The notes under the pieces are model-generated. The model was not told where the DNA came from. It made no database searches and saw nothing but the letters and a program-made list of their open reading frames with translations. This document shows positions 49,201-60,900 of a DNA stretch of 64,000 bases, one piece after another. The translations under genes and the position numbers were made by a program. The stretch comes from Amoebophrya sp. A120 (Eukaryota; Protista; Dinoflagellata): positions 4,117,420 to 4,181,419 of the forward strand of contig CAJINV010000008.1 of assembly GCA_905178155.1 (NCBI GenBank), given 5' to 3'. The stretch's first letter is position 1; the number at the start of each line of letters is the position of its first letter.

Positions 49201-51892
49201 GGAAAACCAGTCCGAGGGATTGATCGGAGTGAAGTCTTTCCTGAAAGTCACGATGGAAACTGTCGGGCGGCACTTGGCGGGCTACGCGTTGCACTCTCTT
49301 CTGACGAACATCGTGAGCAGCTTGCCGCCGATGGAGCAGGATCATCTTGTTCAAGGACATCAAGCAGCGGGAGGAGGAGGAGGAGAACATGATGCCGAAG
49401 CTGCAAGTAGACGGAAAACGCTGATCAACGAAATAGCAAAACGCCGGTACGCGCCCCTGTTCCTGCCACCACGACCAGAACAGAGAGAAGCAGGACAAGA
49501 TGGCTCTTCTACAACAACATCAAAAGTTAGGCATGATCTTGCGACATCAAGTACAACCGCAGGAGCATTCTACGACGCGAGGAGGTTTTTGAAGCTTTTC
49601 CTCGAACTGGCGCAGCGGGAGCAACATGACGACCCCGCCCCCCTCACAGCCGCCGACTTCGATTTCACCTTTCTCGCCAAGGGACTGCAGATGTACTACG
49701 AAAAGTCCGTGGACCTTTCCTTCTACGAGTCGACCCGGCGGGCGTTTGGCGAAAAGTCGCTGGAGCTCTACCGCCAGCGGGTGTACGGGCGCAACCCGTT
49801 TTTCCAGGGCGCCGCGTACCTGCCCGCCGCCGAAAAGGTGGTCCAGCACCTGGGCCGCTTATTCCGCGAGCGAACCAAGGGCGGCGTAAACGAAGAAGTT
49901 TTTCAGAGGCCGGGGAAGCAGGAGTTGCAGAACTACCTGGACAACTTGGCTGATGGGACAGAAATAAGCGAGGGAGGTACAACAACTTCTCCCGGAGATG
50001 TTGAAGAAGGTACGGCACAAGAACCAAGAGCTTCTTCTACGTCTTCTGCAAATAACTCGTCTCCCGCCCCAGCAATTAATCGTGCGAGCACAATCGCCCC
50101 CGCTGTGAAAGATCCGGCATTCCGGTGTTTTGTGGTACCACTCAGACACTTGTTCGCCGGACGAGCCGCGAGCGCGGCTGAGCTTCTATCCAAGTTGAAT
50201 ACAGAAAATGCGGAAAAAAGTTCCTCGACGACAGCCGGCGGCCCACAAGAACGAGAAGATGATCATAGTCAACGGACCTCAGAAGTGGACGACACAGCAC
50301 CACTGGGAACGGCGGCCGCGGACCGAGTAAAGCACGACGCCGCCCGCAAATTTTTCGATTTGCAGTACCAAAATCCGGATCTGGACCCCGACATATCAAA
50401 ATGAAAAATTACCTCCCTCCCCACATCAAAACGAAGTCTGTGATGCTGGATTTGCGTGCACAAATCGGATTTGTCTTGCTGGATCGGACTGCAGGCCCAT
50501 ACCGAGCCTGAGCAGAGAGGTTTTGGACTAGGTTCTTAGCATGAGAAACGTCTGCGCTGTAGGCCCAACACAGCATCACAAACCGCCTGCATAATGCGGC
50601 GGTTGTCTGTGGAGTTGCCTTCTTGCAAGACAGAGATGATTTGTGGTCGCAAATCAGCAATGCAAATTTTCTGCGACGTACCTTTTCGCTATGGGGAGGG
50701 GGGATTTTTCCTCACAATACGACACGAAGTTTCCGCACACCATCAAACTATGAATTGCAAAAATGTCTGGGTCTGCAAGATTGCAACTTGTCATGGTAAA
50801 TCTGAAGCATGCAAAGATCTGTGTTGCATGAGTGCCAAAAGCGGCACACTTTTGACCAAGTTGGAAGGGAGTTTCTCATGCAGGATAGGCATGGCAGAGA
50901 CCTCGCAGAGTCTGTCATGCTAAGTCCCGCACTCCAGACCTCATGCGTCATGGAAAATCTGCATGACAAGTCTACACTTTTCCAGACCCAGACATTTTTG
51001 CATTTGATACAAACTGACCTACGACAACCACTTCGTCGGGTTCACGCCCAACGGGAAAACCGAGATAGCCGTGTTCGTCAACGACGAGAACCACTTCGAG
51101 CTGCAACTGGACAACCAGAGCGACTTTGTCAAGGACGACTGGATCGCAGACTTGAACTTTTGCAACGAGGCTTTTGCCGGGAACCGGGTGAGCGAGTACC
51201 GGGTGCTGGAATTTCGGTTTGTGGACAATGGAAACCTTCCGATAGGCGAAGAGGAAAACGAGGGAGAAGATGATAATCAAACGTTGACGAATTATGTGGA
51301 CGAAAACACCCGCGCCGGCGCCAGCGCCACAGCTGATCTTCATTATACTAGCGGCACGAATGATCTCCCTGCTGCAGCGACGAGAAATAGAAAGCCGTCG
51401 TCTTCTAGTGCTCTTTCATCTACTGCGTCTGAAACCACGACAAGTAGGAGCTCCAACAAAGATGAAATCAAGACCCAGGCGCAGTATTCCGAGAAGCTGC
51501 TGGACTCCGCCACGCGTCGGCTGCTGCAAAAGAGCGGCAAGAAACACAAATACAGCCGGGTGGTCAAGGGAAAGACGGGTTTCGAGCAGAGCACGAAGGT
51601 CGAGGGCAAAATTTTGTACAAAACCGCTGCCGTGGTGTTCAAAGTTGCGGACGAAGACTTTCGCAAGATGAAGGAAGTACAACAAGAAGAGCGAACGGAC
51701 GGGGTGGACCTCCAACTACACAAAGACGCTCATCAACAAAAAACTCAGTTCGTTTCGGTAAAAGACGAGCAGCTGGACCTGCAGTTTGCCTGGACGGACG
51801 ACTTTGATCCTGATGTCTGTCTGCAAGACGAGCTGCATAAAGATTTCCTAGCGTGTCAGTCCAGGTTCGTCGAAGTTGATAACGTCATGTGA
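46300..51892 (+). CDS. Class I SAM-dependent methyltransferase (bacterial UbiG-like type) with N-terminal hydrophobic leader and long C-terminal extension
   Basis: YSFGMNW, FLDLGCGSGLLS, SVD, FDLVYSYGVLHHTG, FIALYN, RGM...DNLGGYPVE. Introners 47116-47429, 50394-50719 and 50749-51009 join four exons in frame. Start codon uncertain. Confidence 0.85.
50394..50719. mobile_element. Introner (family C)
   Basis: Imperfect TIR (CCCTCCCCA/TGGGGAGGG); perfect direct repeat CGACA. Confidence 0.8.
50749..51009. mobile_element. Introner (family A)
   Basis: TIR; perfect direct repeat CAAAC. Confidence 0.95.
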
Positions 51893-52565
51893 CGACGAGG
51901 ACGACGAGAAAAACAAGTGTATACTACTGTTCCAGAACTTCTTGTTGGAAGGGCGAACGAAGAAACCTCACGTATTCAACAGTGGTCTTCGCATATGAAT
52001 GTCCACTTGCCAACGACGGTTTCCAGAAGGAAAACAGAGTCTGGAGGTATTGCTGATAATGCACACGGTCTTGTTCGAGACGTTGTCCACCCATGTTTCA
52101 CCCTTTGGAAGATGCCAGTGCGACCATGCGAGTCGTGCGCTCTTCTTTTGTGTAAGGGGTCTAGCGATGAAAACATCTGCTGCTCGCCCCAAGAACCTCG
52201 GCGTAGCAGCTGCTCACCCCATAACGGCGTGCTTTTTCTGTGAGGATGAGTGTGAACATATCAAGCGCGGGTTGAGGGATAACTATCAATCGAGTTTCGC
52301 TTTTTTCTGCAACTAAGTTGTACTAAACTACTAGCTACTTCTGTTGACGGATAGAAATTCATTTACCAAGACGCAAATACCATCGCGCTTTTCGCTTCTC
52401 GTTTTCCTTTTTGTGGTGCCTGGTACCACTAAGCATCTCACTGCACCACACACGGCACGCAAGCGTCGCAAAGGAAAGGTGCGGCTTCTATGGCCGCGAA
52501 TGTCATCTCGTCGGGTTTTTTGATTTTGACGTAGCAGTACAACTATTGAGATCAATAGCAAAAAG

Positions 52566-55500
52566 ATGCGTCGCGCCAACCTGAATCTATCCAGTGCAAA
52601 ACTATCGTACTCGTATAAATGCAAGTCTTGCATCACAAATCTTGTTCCCAAGGAAAATCAGCATTACAAATTTTATTTCTCACGCTGAGGAAATTTGTAA
52701 TGCATTTATACGAGTACGATACTTTTGCAGTTCATAGAATCTCGGCGAAGACCACGTCGGGTTTTCCTTCGAGCTCCTATCGATTGCAAAAATGTCTGGG
52801 TCTGGGAGATTGCGATATTTGTCATGCTAGTCTGGTATGACTTTATATCTGTATTGCGTGGCCGCGAAGAGCTCCTCTTCCCTGTCTTGCAAAAATGCGG
52901 TTTCTCATGCGGAGTGCGCAACTCACTGAGAACAACAAAAAAACTTGTCATGCTGGGCAGCGCATTACAGTGTGCTCACTATTCCCTTCCTTGCATCACA
53001 AGTTTCCAGCCCCAGACATTTTTGCAGTTGATAGCTGCTCACGGGTTGCATGTTGGCGATCGCGGTCTTCTCGGGGCTGCAGGCAGTCCTTGTTCCGCGG
53101 GAGTGGTGCGTGGTAATGGTTTTGGTCGGTGGAGTCACTTTGGTTTCCTACGTGCAATACACCAATATGCGGGACCAGTGGGACGAAAGCAGATTCGTTC
53201 CGGTCGCGGCAAGATACATGGATATGCAATGCAAATAGAATCGAAGATCTGTCGTGTCTTCTACGGTTGTGAAGATCATGTTAGACTAGTTCGAAGGTCG
53301 TGACAAGATGGATCTGGTCGTAAGTGAAAAAATAATACCCGAACAGGTCGTGCTGGAAGTAGGGAGTTTATCTATCATGCGATTTATTGCGAATCGTATT
53401 GAATCTGTAGTATGTAAGTCGAAGTTGTGTGCAGTGGCTTGTCAACATACCCTACTCGCTGCCGTAGATTGATAGTCGACCACCTCCAGCTGTTGTTACT
53501 AACAACGCAAGAATAATCAGCGTCTCGTATGATCACCATTACGTGCATCCTTCTAGAAGACCCGGACAACATATTTGCATTTGATAATTCATTGGTGCGA
53601 TTTATTTTGTTGGCGTGCTTCTGGTGCGTGGTCGTGGACGTGGATGCGCAAGCAGCAGCAAAGATTATTTCCTGTCATCTTCATTATGCCTCGCTGGATG
53701 AGTGAGAATGCCAAAGTTGTCGTTTTGTTTCCACAACAAGGGCACCAAGTCCTAGTACTAGAGCGCAAAGCAGCACATTGTCACAAGTACAAGTTGCAAA
53801 AAACACACCAGGATCGTCACCATTCCGCTGCAATTAGTCGAATTCTACCTGCTGTTGAAAGTGGCCACTCCGCCGCCCGAGGAGCATAAAAAGAACACCA
53901 ATTCCCACTTCGTACAACATCAACAAGAAGTCCGCCCCAGTCTCTGTGCCCGTATCCTCCTCGCGGCACTGTCCATGCTCGCTTTCGGCTACATGGGGGA
54001 GACGGAGGTGATGTCTCTGTGGCCGGCCTTTTCCGCGAGTTTGTTTTCCTGGCTGTTCATCGTATACGAGGTCTACTTATCAACTGTAAAAATGTCTGGG
54101 TCTGGAAGAATTCATGTTTGTCATGCTTGTCTGGCATGACTCTTAAATCTGTCATGCACGGTACCCAAGAGCTATGTTTTTCTGTGATGCAGAAGCGCAG
54201 TTTGTCATGCGGAATAGGCAACACCGAGGAGCTCAGAAACTTGTCATGCTGAGCCAGCATTTGGAGCCTCATCATGAGACGCCACCCAGCATCACAAGTT
54301 TCCAGACCCAGACATTTTTACATTTGATACTACTCTGGCGATGCCTCGGTGATCGCGAACAACCTGGCGGCGGGTATCTAATGCAAAAGTATCGTATTCG
54401 TACTAATTGCGTATATGCATTACAAATCTTTGTTTCAAGGCACATCCGCATTACAAATTTAATTTGTAATGCTACGTCAATTTGTAATGCATTTATACGA
54501 GTACGATACTTTTGCAGTTCATAGCGGGGAAAGCGCGGCAGTGGCTCTTGGAGAAGGAGCAGCGCCGGGCAGATAGGGAAGAAACGCAGAAGGAGCTGAT
54601 GAGGAAACTGAAAAACATGAGCAAGACACTCGTGACGGACGAGGAAATCGCGGAAAAGAACCGCCTGATGGCCGCCTTACTGCAGTTGCAGCAGGACGAC
54701 ATGATCCATAGTACCACAGGAGCACCAACTTCTACCGCCGGGACGAGGACCACTTCATCTTCCGAGTTGGAAGATATCAACTACGACGATTTTACGCCTC
54801 CCGTCGCGGTGCAGGCCTTCGATTCGCTGCGAAAAATTCTGCTCTTCGGGTGGTCACTGTATCCGCTGCGCCCGGTGTTTTCGAGGTACGTTTGGAACCA
54901 CGACGAGCACTCGGATATTTCCCTGCAGACCCAGCAGGAGCGCATGAATGGACTGTACAACTTGGGCGACCTCATCAACAAAGTTTTCTTCGTATCCATC
55001 AGGAAAAAAATGTGTCCGTGTAGCTGTAGGTGTTCGGGTGGCAGCATGTTGACAAATTTGTTCTGCATAAGGACAAAGAAATCTAGTCATGCACAGCTGG
55101 CACGTGGTCCACGTGAAAACAAAAGCAAAACGTATTCACATTCGTATGAAACAGCAATAGGACAACTCCATGGTTGGCTAGCATAGCAAGAGTAACTGTG
55201 TTGCATGCTTTGCATATACACACTTTTTCTCTCGCGATACCCTGGCATCGCCGTGTACTCCGTCGCGGGGTCGCTCGAGCAGGAGGAACTCCAGCGCGTT
55301 TTCCGGGTGCGCAAGCTGGAAAACACGATTCTGAAGAAGTGGTTTCGCGAGTTGAAGCAAGCCGGCATCGTATCCTAGAGAAAAACTGTGTAAGGGTAAC
55401 TTTGTGTTGCAGAAAATGCAAAACCGTTACACTTGTCATGCTGGACATGCATCAGAGGCTATTTTGGTATATGTTTTCAAGTGCAAGCTACGCATGACAG

Positions 55501-55967
55501 GTTTTCTGTGTCATGCAGAGCAAACTTGTGATGCTATTTCTCCAAGAAACTTACACTTACACACTTTTTTCCTTGGATACATCGTCGGCAAAAAGTACCG
55601 AGGCCACTGTTTGAAGGAATGGCTAGGCCTGGAAGAGGATGGTGGTGGTTCTTTTTCAACCGCACTTTGGACCACGGCGACCTCGATGGATGGTAATCCT
55701 CGAGGTCTTAAAAGCGATTCACTCTTCGCCAGTGAGGAGCAAAAGCGGATGAAAGAGAGTGGGTACCGGGAGGTGGTCGTGAAAAACATCCCGCCGGCAC
55801 TGGCGATCAAGCTGTCGCAGCAGAGAAAACGCTACGAACAGCAGCGGTTCTTCAGTCACATTTATTCCGGACAAGAAGAACATCTCCAGGGAGGTGGTCG
55901 TGGCGAAAAAAACGGCTTGTTGGGACCTCCGCTACCTTTCTATGTGTTTGATGAAAAATCTGGGTAG
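52566..55967 (+). CDS. Proteorhodopsin-like microbial rhodopsin, paralogue 1
   Basis: Spliced product: GEDHVGFSFELL; RYMDW-IVTIPLQLVEFY; MLAFGYMGE; LLFGWSLYP; LYNLGDLINKVFFG. Seven introners plus one GT-AG intron (53595-53811). An upstream exon is possible. Confidence 0.85.
52588..52736. mobile_element. Introner (family D, 149 bp)
   Basis: TIR TGCAAAA.TATCGTACTCGTATAAATGCA; perfect direct repeat GAATC. Confidence 0.9.
52778..53033. mobile_element. Introner (family A)
   Basis: TIR; direct repeat GCTCC/GCTGC. Confidence 0.9.
53223..53586. mobile_element. Degenerate introner
   Basis: TATGCAATGCAAATA...TATTTGCATTTGATA; direct repeat ATGGA/ATTCA; removal restores RYMD-W. Confidence 0.75.
54078..54329. 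mobile_element. Introner (family A, 252 bp)
   Basis: TIR; perfect direct repeat CTACT. Confidence 0.95.
54375..54523. mobile_element. Introner (family D, 149 bp)
   Basis: Same TIR and length as 52588-52736; perfect direct repeat GCGGG. Confidence 0.9.
54993..55239. mobile_element. Introner (family B)
   Basis: Internal similarity to 34158-34368; degenerate direct repeat CTTCG/CCCTG. Confidence 0.8.
55371..55579. mobile_element. Introner (family B, opposite orientation)
   Basis: TIR TATCC.AG.GAAAAA.TGTGTAAG; perfect direct repeat CATCG. Confidence 0.9.
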
Positions 55968-56324
55968 AAGGTGGGGATAGATCATACTTAATATCATTCT
56001 TTCAGTTGAGTACAACTGGAGTTGTTGTAGCCTACATAAGTTGTATTAGGGTGTTTTTCAGGAGATGACAGGATCATGCAAATCGAAGTCTCTTACTTCT
56101 GCGATAAAATAACAGGAATAGATCTAAGCATTAGATGGTGATAGTCAACATAGGTAGTAGCGGTAGGAGCACCACTTCTGCTTTAACAAGTCATTGCCTT
56201 CACAATGGGACAACATATGCATCCCCGTGAACGAATGAAACTGCGAAGTAAGGGAACATGAACTACAAGCTGAATTTTACAATTCATTATTCCATTCCTG
56301 TACTGATGCACCAGCTTCTGTCAT

Positions 56325-57251
56325 TTGCAAGCGCAATTGGAAGATCTTCTAGAAACCACCCGTACTACCATTTTTTCTTTCTACTACGAAAGTCTCGACT
56401 TCTTGAAACTCGAGCCGAGGCGGAGAGTAGTAGAAAAGGTGGAAATACATCAATTAGGACGTCGTGGAGCGGCGGTCGCGACACCACACCCCATCAACGC
56501 AGCTTCTTATAATTTTCCAGCGCAAAATTACGCGGCCGCTTCATGGACAACTTCTGGCGGACGGGGGCCGCCTACTCGTCCTGTGACTACATTTTTTTCA
56601 GCTACAACGAGCAAGCTAATATCCTCCGCACCCCCGACGCCGTGGAGAATGATTGGAGGCCACGCAAACCCGCCAGCTAGCGTCGCTTTCTCCCAAGAAC
56701 CCCCAATGTTGTTGCACCATGATCATCTGCCTGGCGCGATAACAGGATTATCGAACATGAATGCGCCGGAACACGCTGCATCTACGTCGGTAGCGGCACG
56801 TTCAGTCCTTCCCAGCGACATGAACGTCACGTCTCTACCACCTGCTCAAGCTGCTGGTATACCTGGCCCGGGCGAAAATCCGCTGTACGAAGGTCGTGGA
56901 CATACTGTGCCGCCAGTGGTTCGATTCGCGGACCGCGGTCGTTCCGGCGGTAAGAAAAGTGCGACAAGAACTGGAACTGCTACTACTAGTATTTCACCAA
57001 GTAGAACGGAGGCGGACCTGCAAGGCGGGTCGTTGATGTCGCAACTGCATGACTGGAGTTGTCGACCTCTACCGCAGGAGCAGCCTCCTCTTGTGCAAAA
57101 CAAGAAGGTAGGCCAAAAAGTATATGCGTCGGCGTCGGCGTCGGCGTCCCCAGGTGCAGGTGAACATGAAAACGACACGACCAGCCGCGGTCTGCAACAA
57201 CCCAACGAGTTTTCCTTCGCAGAACAAGGAGTGACCGATATTAAGTCGTAA
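56325..57251 (+). CDS. Hypothetical Pro/Ser/Thr-rich protein or exon
   Basis: 308-codon open frame with host-like composition; no domain recognised; start unclear. Confidence 0.4.
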   Translation: MQAQLEDLLETTRTTIFSFYYESLDFLKLEPRRRVVEKVEIHQLGRRGAAVATPHPINAASYNFPAQNYAAASWTTSGGRGPPTRPVTTFFSATTSKLISSAPPTPWRMIGGHANPPASVAFSQEPPMLLHHDHLPGAITGLSNMNAPEHAASTSVAARSVLPSDMNVTSLPPAQAAGIPGPGENPLYEGRGHTVPPVVRFADRGRSGGKKSATRTGTATTSISPSRTEADLQGGSLMSQLHDWSCRPLPQEQPPLVQNKKVGQKVYASASASASPGAGEHENDTTSRGLQQPNEFSFAEQGVTDIKS

Positions 57252-57980
57252 AGACCAGCTGCTGTTCACAAAGGAAAATGGGCAACATGATGACAGTAAG
57301 TAGTACAACCTCAAACATCACAACCACAAGTGATTCTGATTTCTATTTCTTCGCAAATGACTTCAAGACAGAACTAAAAACAAAGCAAGACAGGGAAATA
57401 AGGACTTCCCCTCCATCAAGATAGATCTTCATGCGGCCGGCCCACTACTTGGTGGTGGATGCATATTTGGATTGTCAGAAAAAACGAAGAGCCTGGCTGA
57501 GACCCGCTGCCGGCGGTTGCCGTTCTTTGCTCTTAGCAACCCAACAAGCACTACGTACTGGAACAGACACCTTCGTTGCTTCCGCAGTCAGAGTTTTGAC
57601 ATGAAGATTCTGCTGCATCTGAGATACCGAGAGGGGCGGGCAACTTTTTTTTCTAGAGAAAAACAGGCCGCTATTCATTGTGGTCAGCAACGAACCAGCA
57701 TCCGGGCGAAGAGAGATGAGCAGGCTATCTCCTCATATGAGCAAGATTGCGACAAGATTGTGGGGGGCTGGCTTTGCTTTTGTTTTCTATGACGTAGACA
57801 GAGGACTCGCACTCGAATGCAAACGAGTGACGAAGAATTTTTTGTGTTTCACCTTCCCGTGGTTCGCTGACAGTGGTGAAATCGAAAAGAAAAGTTATGA
57901 CTAGTCTCAATCCTGCCTAGTAAGAGAAAACGCCTCGATCAGAAGTGGCACGTCCGAAGTAATATTTGTGGCTCTTCAAC

Positions 57981-60900
57981 ATGGCCAACCTCGGCGGCCC
58001 GGGCGCAGCCGGCGGAGGTTCATCTGCATCTGCAGTTGGTACTCTTCTGAACCTCGTCTTTCCCTCCGGTTCCGCCGCTGGGGGCAGTTCATCTCCTCTG
58101 CAGACGATGAGTCCTGCTGCTGTTCCTGACGTCATGACGGCTCTTTCGTCCTCGTCCGGAGCAGGCGTATTAATGCAGGAAGCTGCAACTTCCTCTATCC
58201 CCCCTGTGGAGCAGCAGCAGCACCGCGCTATGCTAGCCGCGTCCTCTCGGATGCAGAAGTCTTTCGACGGATTGCATGGGAATTTACTCGGCAGCAGGAA
58301 CGATCAGATGGATAACCCCTTTCGACAGTATTGAATTTTTTTTTCCAAGCTGCATGTATGTAGTTTGATAATTTTGCAAAAATGGTATTGTTTCAACATC
58401 TCTTGCAACTCTAGAACTACATGAAAACCTTTCTTCTCCAGGCTCGCCATGGTGTTGGACGGTGAGGATCACGTGGGTCTGTCCTTCTGGTTGGCCTCCG
58501 GTTTGTATGAGAGTGCACAACTCCCCCTCCCCCTCATTTGTCATGCACAACCCTAAATCCAAGTGCTTCCCTGTGGCGCTCTTTGCATGACAGATTCTGG
58601 AAGCCCAAACAGTAGCTACACTAGGCGCATGAATTTGTCTTGCACAGGCTCCATGTGTGCTGGTGATTGTATTGTTGTTCATGCAAAACGAATGAGGAAG
58701 AGGGGGAGTTGTGCACTCTCATAGTTTGATGCTGGCCGCCTTGGCGTTTTTCTTTTTCCAGGTTTTCCTCGTGCCCCGGCGGTGGGCCAATTCCATGGTG
58801 GTCGCTGGGCTCGTGTGCGGCGTCGCGTGGCACCACTACACGGAAATGAAGGACATTTGGGCCAGCACGCAGCGCGCCCCCACGGTCTACCGCTATGTGG
58901 ACTGGTACATTAAAAAGATGTTCGTCATGCTGTAAGTTGATTATTACCTACTTACCGCGAAAGCTGCTTGGTTTTGTGAGTTAATCACAGCGCGAGTAGA
59001 ACTAGAGTACAATCTACTTACTTCCTATCAATCTGTTTTACCTAGCATGACCAGTAGTTGAACCAACGGCTCCCCTCCTGTTGTCGTTTGGCAACATTTA
59101 ATATAGCATGACAACGACAACAACAAGAAATAAAGGCTGGTCACCGTGCCGCTGCAAGTGACCGAGTTCTACTTGATCCTCGTGGCGGCCAACCCGGACG
59201 ACAAACCCCCGATCTCCGGATTTCTCTTCTTCCGCCTGCTGGGAGCCTCCCTGCTGATGTTGACATTCGGCTATCTCGGCGAGTCGGATGTGATGGACAG
59301 CTGGATTGCGTTCTGCATCGGCTTCCTCTTTTACGCCTACATCCTCTACGAGGTATTTTTCGGGGAGGCGAGCCAAATCAGCGCGCAGCTCTCTCTCGAC
59401 GAAGCCAAGAAATTTCTCGCCATTTTTGTCGGCAGTAGCAAGAAAGACGACGACGAGGCGGACCTGGACGACGAGGATAGCGGCGCGCAGCGCGATGAAG
59501 TGGACGAACGGGCGAAGCGCGAGGCCATCGAGAAAGCGATGAACTCGGCCAGGTAGAAGTTGATGTTGTACAACTTGCGGGATCATGTGAAATAATGTTG
59601 AATTAAACACATTATATATACACAACTGATTTGGAACTTATTCACACAACCAGACTCGATGGTCTGAGTCTGTGCACAAACACGACCACAATATCATAAA
59701 ACTACACAGCGGGCAGACGGCCGCGAACAGTGTCGCTCTGAAGGAGTTCAAGAAACCCGAGGCGCAACTAGCATTTGAAATCATCCGGATCATCTTGCTC
59801 TTCGGCTGTATCCTGTCTAGAAATTAATAGCGTCCCCACGGCAGCAGGCGGCGTTCTCATCTACTAGTAGTGGCGTTTTGTTTAGTACTGTTTGTGCAGT
59901 CGTGAACAATGTGATGGTCTGCTCTCCATGATATCACGCTGAGGCACTTGATGCTTCGTCATGCAGCCAGGAAGCCTTTAATTACAGCACCACGCTCGAG
60001 CATGCCCAAAAAACTTGTAATGCTCACTTCGAAAGAGTACTGTGGAGTCGTGGGATTGATGCTTTTCTTAAGGATGACGGGGATGCTGTACCCCATCGGC
60101 TACCTCGCGGACGTGGGCGACGACCTGGAGGGGACAAAAACCTTGATATGCTTTGCAAAAAGGCTGGATCTCGAAAGTTGTATATGTAAAAAGCAAGTGA
60201 ATGAAGCGCGCATTGCAGTACGCACTGCTCACGCGTATTACAAATTTTATTTGAGGTGCTATGTATAATTGCGTACTCCGCGTGGAAAATTAATTGCTAC
60301 TGCGTTTTTCCATCACAGGTAGGAGGGCCTTTTCGTGCCCCTGCATCTACTTCATAGAGTCGTCTCGAATCCACATGTGAATCCACATGCGTGACAAATC
60401 TCGCAATCTTCCAGTGACCCAGACATAGTTGCACTGCATACTTGAACGCGATCTACAATCTCGCGGACCTGTTGAACAAGGTGGCGTTTGTATCGCAAGA
60501 AAAAAGTATTACAGTTACACATTTGTTGCGATTTCAGCATCACAGAGCTGTTCTGCATAGCAACGCAAACTTGTAATGCGCAGCCTACCAGGGAAAGCAC
60601 GCATGAAATGAGGCTGGAAAGCATTTTCTGCATGACAGAGGTTGTATGTGTTGCTGGTCTTGCATCAGAGTGTGTAACTGTAGCACTTTTTTCTTCGCAT
60701 AGTTTGGCCTCGCGATTTACTACGCCGCCGGATCGCAGAACGAGCAGGATCGGGCCATTGTGGCGTCGGTCGGCGCGCCCAGCGTGCACGACATTCTGGA
60801 GATGGACACGTTTCTGCACGAGGACGATGACGCGAAGATGATGAACTTGTTCGTGCCGCTATCCTCAGTAATAAACGTCCCAACTTCAGAGTTGTCAAGA

